DNA from: Eledone cirrhosa
Lineage: Eukaryota
DNA: 64,000 nt
Reading direction: 5' to 3'
Assembly (NCBI GenBank): GCA_964016885.1
Contig: OZ024742.1
Span: 361,274,001-361,338,000, forward strand
In this document: positions 47,619 to 60,810 of the stretch, piece after piece
How the letters are laid out: each line of letters opens with the position of its first letter
Position numbering within the stretch: the first letter of the stretch is position 1
Notes under the pieces: generated by a model
What the model was told of the DNA's origin: nothing
Seen by the model: the letters and a program-made list of their open reading frames with translations, nothing else
The model's database searches: none
Translations under genes and position numbers: made by a program

Positions 47619-48419
47619 AAAGGGCATATAGCTATACATAGAATTACCATCAACAAACAGTATATAGCTATACATAGAATTTCCATCAACAAAGGGTATA
47701 TAGCTATACATAGAATTACCATCAACAAAGAGTATATAGCTATACATAGAATTACCCTCAAGAAAGGTTATGTATAGCTATACACAGAATTACCATCAAC
47801 AAACAGTATATAGCTATACATAGAATTACCCTCAAGAAAGGTTATGTATAGCTATACACAGAATTACCATCAACAAACAGTATATAGCCATACATAGAAT
47901 TACCATCAACAAAGGGTATATAGCTATACATAGAATTACCATCAACAAAGGGTATATTGCTATACATAGAATTACCATCAACAAAGGGTATATATATAGC
48001 TATACATAGAATTAATTCATCAAAGGGTATATAGCTATACATAGAATTACCTTCATCAAACTGTATATAGCTATACACAGAATTACCATCAACAAACAGT
48101 ATATAGCTATACATAGAATTGCCATCAACAAAGGGTATATATAGCTATACATAGAATTACCATCATCAAAGGGTATATAGCTATACATAGAATTACCATC
48201 ATCAAAGGGTATATAGCTATACGTAGAATTACCATTATCAAAGGGTATATAGCTATACATAGAATTACATCAACAAAGGGTATATAGCTATACATAGAAT
48301 TACCATCATCAAAGGGTATATAGCTATACACAGAATTACCATCATCAAAGGGTATATAGCTATACATAGAATTACCATTCAACAAAGGGTATATAGCTAT
48401 AAATAGAATTACCATCATC

Positions 48420-50860
48420 AAAGGGTATATAGCTATACACAGAATTACCATCATCAAAGGTTATATAGCTATGCCTAGAATTACCATCAACAAACAGTAT
48501 ATAGCTATACATAGAATTATCATCATCAAAGGGTATATAGCTATACATAGAATTACCATCAACAAAGGGTATATGGCTATACATAGAATTACCATCAACA
48601 AAGGGTATATAGCTATACATAGAATTACCATCAACAAAGGGTATATAGTTATGCATAGAATTACCATCAACAAAGGGTATATGGCTATACATAGAATTAC
48701 CATCAACAAAGGGTATATAGCTATACATAGAATTACCATCAACAAAGGGTATATGGCTATACATAGAATTACCATCAACAAAGGGTATATATAGCTATAC
48801 ATAGAATTACCATCAACAAAGCGTATATAGCTATACATAGAATTACCATCAACAAAGGGTATATGGCTATACATAGAATTACCATCAACAAACAGTATAG
48901 AGCTATACATAGAATTACCATCAACAAACAGTATATAGCTATACATAGAATTACCATCAACAAACAGTATATAGCCATACATAGAATTACCATCAACCAA
49001 GGGTATATAGCTATACATAGAATTTCCATCAACAAAGGGTATATAGCTATACATAGATTTCCATCAACAAAGGGTATATAGCTATACATAGAATTACCAT
49101 CAACAAAGAGTATATAGCTATACATAGAATTACCATCAAGAAAGGGTATGTATAGCTATACACAGAATTACCATCAACAAACAGTATATAGCCATACATA
49201 GAATTACCATCAACAAAGGGTATATAGCTATATATAGAATTACATCAACAAAGGGTATATAGCTATACATAGAATTACCATCAACAAACAGTATAGAGCT
49301 ATACATAGAATTACCATCAACAAACAGTATATAGCTATACATATAATTAGCATCATCAAACAGTATATAGTTATACATACAATTACCATCAACAAACAGT
49401 ATATAGCTATACATAGAATTAGCATCAACAAACAGTATATAGCTATACATAGAATTACCATCATCAAAGAGTATATAGCTATACATAGAATTACCATCAT
49501 CAAACAGTATATAGCTATACATAGAATTACTATCAACAAACAGTATATAGCTATACATAGAATTAGCATCATCAAACAGTATATAGCTATACACAGAATT
49601 ACCATCATCAAAGGGTATATAGCTATACATAGAATTACCATCAACAAAGGGTATATAGCTATAAATAGAATTACCATCATCAAAGGGTATATAGCTATAC
49701 ACAGAATTACCATCATCAAAGGGTATATAGCTATACACAGAATTACCATCATCAAAGGTTATATAGCTATGCCTAGAATTACCATCAACAAACAGTATAT
49801 AGCTATACATAGAATTATCATCATCAAAGGGTATATAGCTATACATAGAATTACCATCAACAAAGGGTATATGGCTATACATAGAATTACCATCAACAAA
49901 GGGTATATAGCTATACATAGAATTACCATCAACAAAGGGTATATAGTTATGCATAGAATTACCATCAACAAAGGGTATATGGCTATACATAGAATTACCA
50001 TCAACAAAGGGTATATAGCTATACATAGAATTACCATCAACAAAGGGTATATGGCTATACATAGAATTACCATCAACAAAGGGTATATATAGCTATACAT
50101 AGAATTACCATCAACAAAGCGTATATAGCTATACATAGAATTACCATCAACAAAGGGTATATGGCTATACATAGAATTACCATCAACAAACAGTATAGAG
50201 CTATACATAGAATTACCATCAACAAACAGTATATAGCTATACATAGAATTACCATCAACAAACAGTATATAGCCATACATAGAATTACCATCAACCAAGG
50301 GTATATAGCTATACATAGAATTTCCATCAACAAAGGGTATATAGCTATACATAGAATTTCCATCAACAAAGGGTATATAGCTATACATAGAATTACCATC
50401 AACAAAGAGTATATAGCTATACATAGAATTACCATCAAGAAAGGGTATGTATAGCTATACACAGAATTACCATCAACAAACAGTATATAGCCATACATAG
50501 AATTACCATCAACAAAGGGTATATAGCTATATATAGAATTACATCAACAAAGGGTATATAGCTATACATAGAATTACCATCAACAAACAGTATAGAGCTA
50601 TACATAGAATTACCATCAACAAACAGTATATAGCTATACATATAATTAGCATCATCAAACAGTATATAGTTATACATACAATTACCATCAACAAACAGTA
50701 TATAGCTATACATAGAATTAGCATCAACAAACAGTATATAGCTATACATAGAATTACCATCATCAAAGTGTATATAGCTATACATAGAATTACCATCATC
50801 AAACAGTATATAGCTATACATAGAATCACTATCAACAAACAGTATATAGCTATACATAGA
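48420..50860. repeat. Tandem satellite block duplication, period ~1298-1299 bp
   Basis: ORF pairs 48461/49759, 48471/49769, 48775/50073 and 49136/50435. Confidence 0.8.
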
Positions 50861-53478
50861 ATTAGCTCATCAAACAGTATATAGCTATACACAGAATTAC
50901 CATCAACAAAGGGTATATAAGCTATACACAGAATTACATCAAGAAAGGGTATATAGCTATACATAGAATTACATCAACAAAGGGTATATAGCTATACATA
51001 GAATTACCATCAACAAACAGTATATAGCTATTCACAGAATTACCATCAACAAAGGGTATATAGCTATACATAGAATTACCATCAACAAACATTATATAGC
51101 TATACATAGAATTACTATCAACAAACAGTATATAGCTATACATAGAATTACCATCAACAAACAGTATATAGCTATACACAGAATTACCATCAACAAAGGG
51201 TATATAGCTATACACGGAATTACCATCAACAAAGGGTATATAGCTATACACAGAATTACCATCAACAAAGGGTATATAGCTATACATAGAATTACCATCA
51301 ACAAAGAGTATATAGCTATACACAGAATTACCATCAACAAAGGGTATATAGCTATACACAGAATTACCATCAACAAAGGTTATATAGCTATACACAGAAT
51401 TACCATCATCAAAGGGTATATAGCTATGCCTAGAATTACCATCAACAAAAAGTATATAGCTATACATAGAATTACCATCATCAAAGGGTATATAGCTATA
51501 CACAGAATTACCATCATCAAAGGGTATATAGCTATGCCTAGAATTACCATCAAAAAAGGGTATATAGCTATACATAGAATTACCATCATCAAAGGGTATA
51601 TAGCTATACATAGAATTACCATCAACAAACAGTATATAGATATACATAGAATTACCATCATCAAAGGGTATATAGCTATACATAGAATTACCATCATCAA
51701 AGGGTATATATAGCAATACGTAGAATTACCATCATCAAAGGGTATATATAGCTATACATAGAATTACCATCAACAAACAGTATATAGCTATACATAGAAT
51801 TACCATCATCAAAGGGTATATATAGCTATACATAGAATTACCATCATCAAAGTGTATATATAGCTATACATAGAATTACCATCAACAAAGCGTACATAGC
51901 TATACACAGAATTACCATCATCAAAGGGTATATAGCTATACATAGAATTACCATCATCAAAGGGTATATATAGCTATACATAGAATTACCATCATCAAAG
52001 GGTATATATAGCTATACATAGAATTACCATCATCAAACAGTATATAGCTATATATAGAATTACCATCAACAAACAGTATATAGCTATACACAGAATTACC
52101 ATCATCAAAGGGTATATAGCTATACATAGAATTACCATCATCAAAGAGTATAGAGCTATACATAGAATTACCATCATCAAAGGGTATATAGCTATACACA
52201 GAATTACCATCAACAAACAGTATATAGCTATACATAGAATTACCATCATCAAAGGGTATATAGCTATACACAGAATTACCATCAACAAACAGTATATAGC
52301 TATATATAGAATTACCATCAACAAACAGTATATAGCTATACATAGAATTAGCATCATCAAACAGTATATAGCTATACATAGAATTACCATCAACAAAGGG
52401 TATATATAGCTATACATAGAATTAACATCATCAAAGGGTATATAGCTATACATAGAATTACCATCATCAAACTGTATATAGCTATACACAGAATTACCAT
52501 CAACAAACAGTATATAGCTATACATAGAATTACATCAACAAAGGTTATATAGCTATATATAGAATTACCATCATCAAAGGGTATATAGCTATACACAGAT
52601 TACCATCATCAAAGGGTATATAGCTATACACAGAATTACCATCAACAAAGGGTATATAACTATACATAGAATTACCATCAACAAAGGGTATATAGCTATG
52701 CATAGAATTACCATCAACAAAGGGTATATGGCTATACATAGAATTACCATCAACAAAGGGTATATAGCTATACATAGAATTACCATCAACAAACAGTATA
52801 GAGCTATACATAGAATTACCATCAACAAACAGTATATAGCTATACATAGAATTAGCATCAACAAACAGTATATAGCTATACACAGAATTACCATCATCAA
52901 AGGGTATATATAGCTATACATAGAATTACCATCAACAAAGGGTATATAGCTATATATAGAATTACATCAACAAAGGGTATATGGCTATACATAGAATTAC
53001 CATCAACAAACAGTATATAGATGTACATAGAATTACCATCATCAAACAGTATATAGCTATACACAGAATTACCATCAACAAAGGGTATATAAGCTATACA
53101 CAGAATTACATCAAGAAAGGGTATATAGCTATACATAGAATTACATCAACAAAGGGTATATAGCTATACATAGAATTACCATCAACAAACAGTATATAGC
53201 TATACACAGAATTACCATCAACAAAGGGTATATAGCTATACATAGAATTACCATCAACAAACAGTATATAGCTATACATAGAATTACCATCAACAAACAG
53301 TATATAGCTATACATAGAATTACCATCAACAAACAGTATATAGCTATACACAGAATTACCATCAACAAAGGTTATATAGCTATACACAGAATTACCATCA
53401 TCAAATGTTATATAGCTATGCCTAGAATTACCATCAACAAAAAGTATATAGCTATACATAGTATTACCATCCTCAAAG

Positions 53479-53777
53479 CATATAAACAATATGCCCCCCC
53501 CCCCCACCGCAAGGTGGTCGTGGAGGTGCCACGGCAAAAAAGCACCCAGCCCACACTGTAAAGTGGACGTGTAGGCGCCACGAAAAAGCACCCAGCACTC
53601 ACTGTAAATGAGGTTGGTGTTAGGAAGGGCATCCAGCTGTAGAAATCAAGCCAGATCAGTTCCTGTATGAGCAAGGCATGGTCAGCCGACCAGACACTGC
53701 CCACAACAGGACAACCCGTCTAACCCATGCTAGCGTGGAAGAACGGACGTAAAACGGTGATGATGATGATGATGATG
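53479..53777 (+). mobile_element. Independent RTE-related 3'-end insertion B (299 bp; 3' UTR only, either a heavily truncated LINE or a SINE sharing the LINE tail)
   Basis: Shares GGTTGGTGTTAGGAAGGGCATCCA.CTGTAGAAA, CCCGTC.AACCCATGC.AGCGTGGAA..CGGACGT and the (TGA)n tail with A but is otherwise diverged. AAAG is duplicated at 53475-53478 and 53778-53781. An empty homologous site lies at 46254-46257. Confidence 0.88.
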
Positions 53778-54582
53778 AAAGGGTATATAGCTATACACAG
53801 AATTACCATCATCAAAGGGTATATAGCTATGCCTAGAATTACCATCAACAAAGGGTATATAGCTATACATAGAATTACCATCATCAAAGGGTATATAGCT
53901 ATACATAGAATTACCATCAACAAACAGTATATAGCTATACATAGAATTACCATCAACAAACAGTATATAGCTATACATAGAATTACCATCATCAAAGGGT
54001 ATATATAGCTATACATAGAATTACCATCATCAAAGTGTATATATAGCTATACATAGAATTACCATCAACAAAGGGTACATAGCTATACACAGAATTATCA
54101 TCATCAAAGGGTATATAGCTATACATAGAATTACCATCATCAAAGGGTATATATAGCTATACATATAATTACCATCAACAAAGTGTATATAGCTATATAT
54201 AGAATTACATCAACAAAGGGTATATAGTTATACATAGAATTACCATCAACAAAGGGTATATGGCTATACATAGCATTACCATCAACAAAGGGTATATAGC
54301 TATACATAGAATTACCATCAACAAAGAGTATATGGCTATACGTAGAATTACCATCAACAAAGGGTATATATAGCTATACATAGAATTACCATCAACAAAG
54401 GGTATATATAGCTATACACAGAATTACCATCAACAAAGTGTATATAGCTATACATAGAATTACCATTAACAAAGGTTATATAGCTATACACAGAATTTCC
54501 ATCATCAAAGGGTATATGGCTATACATAGAATTACCATCAACAAACAGTATATAGCCATACATAGAATTACCATCAACAAAG

Positions 54583-55097
54583 ATAGACGGTAGCCACGGA
54601 ATAGGCAGACCTAGAAAAACCTGGGATGAGCTGATAAACTCCGACCTCACACACTTACACCTCTCCAAGACAATGTCACTGGACCGAGACCTTTGGCGGT
54701 ACTCAGTAGCAGAGAAGACCCGCCTTGCCAGTAGGCATCTCTAACAAAATACACCCCGTCCCGCCACCACCCCCACCACCCCGTTCTATGTAAAGTTATG
54801 TTGGTGCCGCGCCATCCAGGCGGAAACAAATGAGATCGTGTAGGTGTCACGACAAAAAAACACACAGTCCACGCTGTAATGTGGCCGTGTAGGCAACACG
54901 GTAAAAACCTCCCAGACGCACACTGTAAATGTGGTTGGTGTTAGGAAGGGCATCCAACTGTAGAAAACCTGCCAGACAGTCCTATGCGAGCAAGACAATC
55001 ACTCTTGCCTCAAGCTCAGGTGGGACTACCCCCGTCCAAACCCATGCAAGCGTGAGAACACGGACGTTAAACGTTGATGATGATGATGATGATGATG
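54583..55097 (+). mobile_element. RTE insertion A copy 2 (515 bp)
   Basis: Same 5' truncation point, tail and flanking monomer variants as copy 1; 11-bp deletion in the C-rich tract. Confidence 0.9.
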
Positions 55098-57310
55098 AAA
55101 GGGCATATAGCTATACATAGAATTACCATCAACAAACAGTATATAGCTATACATAGAATTTCCATCAACAAAGGGTATATAGCTATACATAGAATTACCA
55201 TCAACAAAGAGTATATAGCCATACATAGAATTACCCTCAAGAAAGGGTATGTATAGCTATACACAGAATTACCATCAACAAACAGTATATAGCCATACAT
55301 AGAATTACCATCAACAAAGGGTATATAGCTATACATAGAATTACCATCAACAAAGGGTATATTGCTATACATAGAAATACGATCATCAAAGGATATATAT
55401 AGCTATACATAGAATTACCATCAACAAACAGTATATAGCTATACATAGAATTACCATCATCAAAGGGTATATATAGCTATACAAAGAATTACCATCATCA
55501 AAGGGTATATATAGCTATACATAGAATTACCATCAACAAAGGGTATATAGCTATACACAGAATTACCATCATCAAAGGGTATATAGCTATACGTAGAATT
55601 ACCATCATCAAAGGGTATATATAGCTATACATAGAATTACCATCAACAAAGGGTATATAGCTATATATAGAATTACATCAGCAAAGGGTATATAGCTATA
55701 CATAGAATTACCATCATCAAACAGTATATAGCTATACATATAATTACCATCATCAAACAGTATATAGCTATACATAGAATTACCATCATCAACCTGTATA
55801 TAGCTATACATAGAATTACCATCAACAAAGGGTATATATAGCTATACATAGAATTACCATCAACAAAGGGTATATATAGCTATACATAGAATTACCATCA
55901 ACAAACAGTATATAGCTATACACAGAATTACCATCATCAAAGGGTATATAGCTATACATAGAATTACCATCAACAAAGGGTATATGGCTATACATAGAAT
56001 TACCATCAACAAACAGTATATAGCTATACACAGAATTACCATCATCAAAGGGTATATAGCTATACATAGAATTACCATCATCAAAGGGTATATAGCTATA
56101 CACAGAATTACCATCAACAAACAGTATATAGGCATACATAGAATAACCATCATCAAAGGGTATATAGCTATACATAGAATTACCATCATCAACGTGTATA
56201 TAGCTATACATAGAATTACCATCATCAAACAGTATATAGCCATACATAGAATTACCATCAACAAAGGGTATATAGCTATACATAGAATTACCATCATCAA
56301 AGGGTATATAGCTATACATAGAATTACCATCATCAAAGGGTATATAGCTATACATAGAATTACAATCATCAAAGGGTATATAGCTATACATAGAATTACC
56401 ATCATCAAAGGGTATATAGCTATACATAGAATTACCATCATCAAAGGGTATATAGCTATACATAGAATTACCATCATCAAACAGTATATAGCTATACATA
56501 GAATTACCATCAACAAAGGGTATATAGCTATACATAGAATTACCATCATCAAAGGGTATATAGCTATACATAGAATTACCATCATCAAAGGGTATATAGC
56601 TATACACAGAATTACCATAATCAAAGGGTATATAGCTATATATAGAATTACCATCAACAAAGGGTATATAGCTATACATAGAATTACAATCATCAAAGGG
56701 TATATAGCTATACACAGAATTACCATCATCAAAGGGTATATAGCTATACACAGAATTACCATCATCAAAGGGTATATAACTATGCCTAGAATTACCATCA
56801 ACAAAGGGTATATAGCTATACATAGAATTACCATAATCAAAGGGTATATAGCTATACATAGAATTACCATCAACAAAGGGTATATGGCTATACATAGAAT
56901 TACCATCAACAAAGGGTATATAGCTATACATAGAATTACCATCAACAAAGGGTATATGGCTATACATAGAATTACCATCAACAAAGGGTATATAGCTATA
57001 CATAGAATTACCATCAACAAAGGGTATATGGCTATACATAGAATTACGATCAACAAAGTGTATATAGTTATGCATAGAATTAACATCAACAAAGGGTATA
57101 TGGCTATTCATAGAATTGCCATCAACAAAGGGTATATAGCTATACATAGAATTACCATCAACAAAGTGTATATAGCTATGCATAGAATTACCATTAACAA
57201 AGGGTATATAGCTATACACAGAATTTCCATCATCAAAGGGTATATGGCTATACATAGAATTACCATCAACAAACAGTATATAGCCATACATAGAATTACC
57301 ATCAACAAAG

Positions 57311-57829
57311 ATAGACGGTAGCCACGGAATAGGCAGACCTAGAAAAACCTGGGATGAGCTGATAAACTCCGACCTCACACACTTACACCTCTCCAAGACA
57401 ATGTCACTGGACCGAGACCTTTGGCGGTACTCAGTAACAGAGAAGACCCGCCTTGCCAGTAGGCATCTCTAACAAAATACACCCCGTCCCGCCACCACCC
57501 CCACCCCATCCTCACCACCCCGTTCTATGTAAAGTTATGTTGGTGCCGCGCCATCCAGGCCGAAACAAATGAGATCGTGTAGGTGTCACGACAAAAAAAC
57601 ACACAGTCCACGCTGTAATGTGGCCGTGTAGGCAACACGGTAAAAACCTCCCAGACCCACACTGTAAATGTGGTTGGTGTTAGGAAGGGCATCCAACTGT
57701 AGAAAACCTGCCAGACAGTCCTATGCGAGCAAGACAATCACTCTTGCCTCAAGTGGGACTACCCCCGTCCAAAACCATGCAAGCGTGGAACACGGACGTT
57801 AAACGTTGATGATGATGATGATGATGATG
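57311..57829 (+). mobile_element. RTE insertion A copy 3 (519 bp)
   Basis: Same junctions as copy 1; one CTCAAG instead of two; GTGGAAC instead of GTGAGAAC. Confidence 0.9.
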
Positions 57830-60291
57830 AAAGGGCATATAGCTATACATAGAATTACCATCAACAAACAGTATATAGCTATACATAGAATTTCCATCAA
57901 CAAAGGGTATATAGGTATACATAGAATTACCATCAACAAAGAGTATATAGCTATACATAGAATTACCCTCAAGAAAGGGTATGTATAGCTATACACAGAA
58001 TTACCATCAACAAACAGTATATAGCCATACATAGAATTACCATCAACAAAGGGTATATAGCTATACATAGAATTACCATCAACAAAGGTTATATTGCTAT
58101 ACATAGAATTACCATCATCAAAGGGTATATATAGCTATACATAGAATTACCATCAACAAACAGTATATAGCTATACATAGAATTACCATCATCAAAGGGT
58201 ATATATAGCTATACAAAGAATTACCATCATCAAAGGGTATATATAGCTATACATAGAATTACCATCAACAAAGGGTATATAGCTATACACAGAATTACCA
58301 TCATCAAAGGGTATATAGCTATACATAGAATTACATCAACAAAGGGTATATAGCTATACATAGAATTACAATCATCAAAGGGTATATAGCTATACGTAGA
58401 ATTACCATTATCAAAGGGTATATAGCTATACATAGAATTACATCAACAAAGGGTATATAGCTATATATAGAATTACCATCATCAAAGGGTATATAGCTAT
58501 ACACAGAATTACCATCATCAAAGGGTATATAGCTATACACAGAATTACCATCAACAAAGTGTATATAGCTATACATAGAATTACCATCAACAAAGGTTAT
58601 ATAGCTATGCATAGAATTACCATCAACAAAGGGTATATGGCTATACATAGAATTACCATCAACAAAGGGTATATAGCTATACAGAGAATTACCATTAACA
58701 AACAGTATAGAGCTATACATAGAATTACCATCAACAAACAGTATATAGCTATACATAGAATTAGCATCAACAAACAGTATATAGCTATACACAGAATTAC
58801 CATCAACAAAGGGTATATATAGCTATACATAGAATTACCATCTACAAAGGGTATATAGCTATATATAGAATTACATCAACAAAGGGTATATGGCTATACA
58901 TAGAATTACCATCAGCAAACAGTATATAGATGTACATAGAATTACCATCATCAAACAGTATATAGCTATACATAGAATTACCATCAACAAACAGTATATA
59001 GCTATACATAGAATTAGCATCATCAAACAGTATATAGCTATACACAGAATTACATCAAGAAAGGGTATATTGCTATACATAGAATTACATCAACAAAGGG
59101 TATATAGCTATACATAGAATTACCATCAACAAACAGTATATAGCTATACACAGAATTACCATCAACAAAGGGTATATAGCTATACATAGAATTACCATCA
59201 ACAAACAGTATATAGCTATACACAGAATTACCATCAACAAAGGGTATATAGCTATACACAGAATTACCATCAACAAAGGGTATATAGCTATACACAGAAT
59301 TACCATCAACAAAGGGTATATAGCTATACATAGAATTACCATCAACAAAGAGTATATAGCTATACACAGAATTACCATCAACAAAGGGTATATAGCTATA
59401 CACAGAATTACCATCAACAAAGTTTATATAGCTATACACAGAATTACCATCATCAAAGGGTATATAGCTATGCCTAGAATTACCATCAACAAAAAGTATA
59501 TAGCTATACATAGAATTACCATCATCAAAGGGTATATAGCTATACACAGAATTACCATCATCAAAGGGTATATAGCTATGCCTAGAATTACCAACAACAA
59601 AGGGTATATAGCTATACATAGAATTACCATCATCAAAGGGTATATAGCTATACATAGAATTACCATCAACAAACAGTATATAGCTATACATAGAATTACC
59701 ATCATCAAAGGGTATATATAGCTATACATAGAATTACCATCATCAAAGTGTATATATAGCTATACATAGAATTACCATCAACAAAGGGTACATAGCTATA
59801 CACAGAATTACCATCATCAAAGGGTATATAGCTATACATAGAATTACCATCATCAAAGGGTATATATAGCTATACATAGAATTACCATCAACAAAGTGTA
59901 TATAGCTATATATAGAATTACAACAACAAAGGGTATATAGCTATACATAGAATTACCATCAACAAAGGGTATATGGCTATACATAGAATTACCATCAACA
60001 AAGGGTATATAGCTATACATAGAATTACCATCAACAAAGTGTATATAGCTATGCATAGAATTACCATTAACAAAGGGTATATAGCTATACACAGAATTTC
60101 CATCATCAAAGGGTATATAGCTATACATAGAATTACCATCAACAAAGTGTATATAGCTATGCATAGAATTACCATTAACAAAGGGTATATAGCTATACAC
60201 AGAATTTCCATCATCAAAGGGTATATGGCTATACATAGAATTACCATCAACAAACAGTATATAGCCATACATAGAATTACCATCAACAAAG

Positions 60292-60810
60292 ATAGACGGT
60301 AGCCACGGAATAGGCAGACCTAGAAAAACCTGGGATGAGCTGATAAACTCCGACCTCACACACTTACACCTCTCCAAGACAATGTCACTGGACCGAGACC
60401 TTTGGCGGTACTCAGTAACAGAGAAGACCCGCCTTGCCAGTAGGCATCTCTAACAAAATACACCCCGTCCCGCCACCACCCCCACCCCATCCTCACCACC
60501 CCGTTCTATGTAAAGTTATGTTGGTGCCGCGCCATCCAGGCCGAAACAAATGAAATCGTGTAGGTGTCACGACAAAAAAACACACAGTCCACGCTGTAAT
60601 GTGGCCGTGTAGGCAACACGGTAAAAACCTCCCAGACCCACACTGTAAATGTGGTTGGTGTTAGGAAGGGCATCCAACTGTAGAAAACCTGCCAGACAGT
60701 CCTATGCGAGCAAGACAATCACTCTTGCCTCAAGTGGGACTACCCCCGTCCAAACCCATGCAAGCGTGGAACACGGACGTTAAACGTTGATGATGATGAT
60801 GATGATGATG
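60292..60810 (+). mobile_element. RTE insertion A copy 4 (519 bp)
   Basis: Same junctions; shares diagnostic changes with copy 3 (GTAACA, GGCCGAAAC, single CTCAAG, GTGGAAC). Confidence 0.9.

Noticed and set aside
47547-47777. Poly-His, poly-Met and poly-Asp ORFs (also at ~53730, 55026, 57749 and 60730)
   Set aside because: These are translations of the (TGA)n retroelement tail fused to satellite frames.
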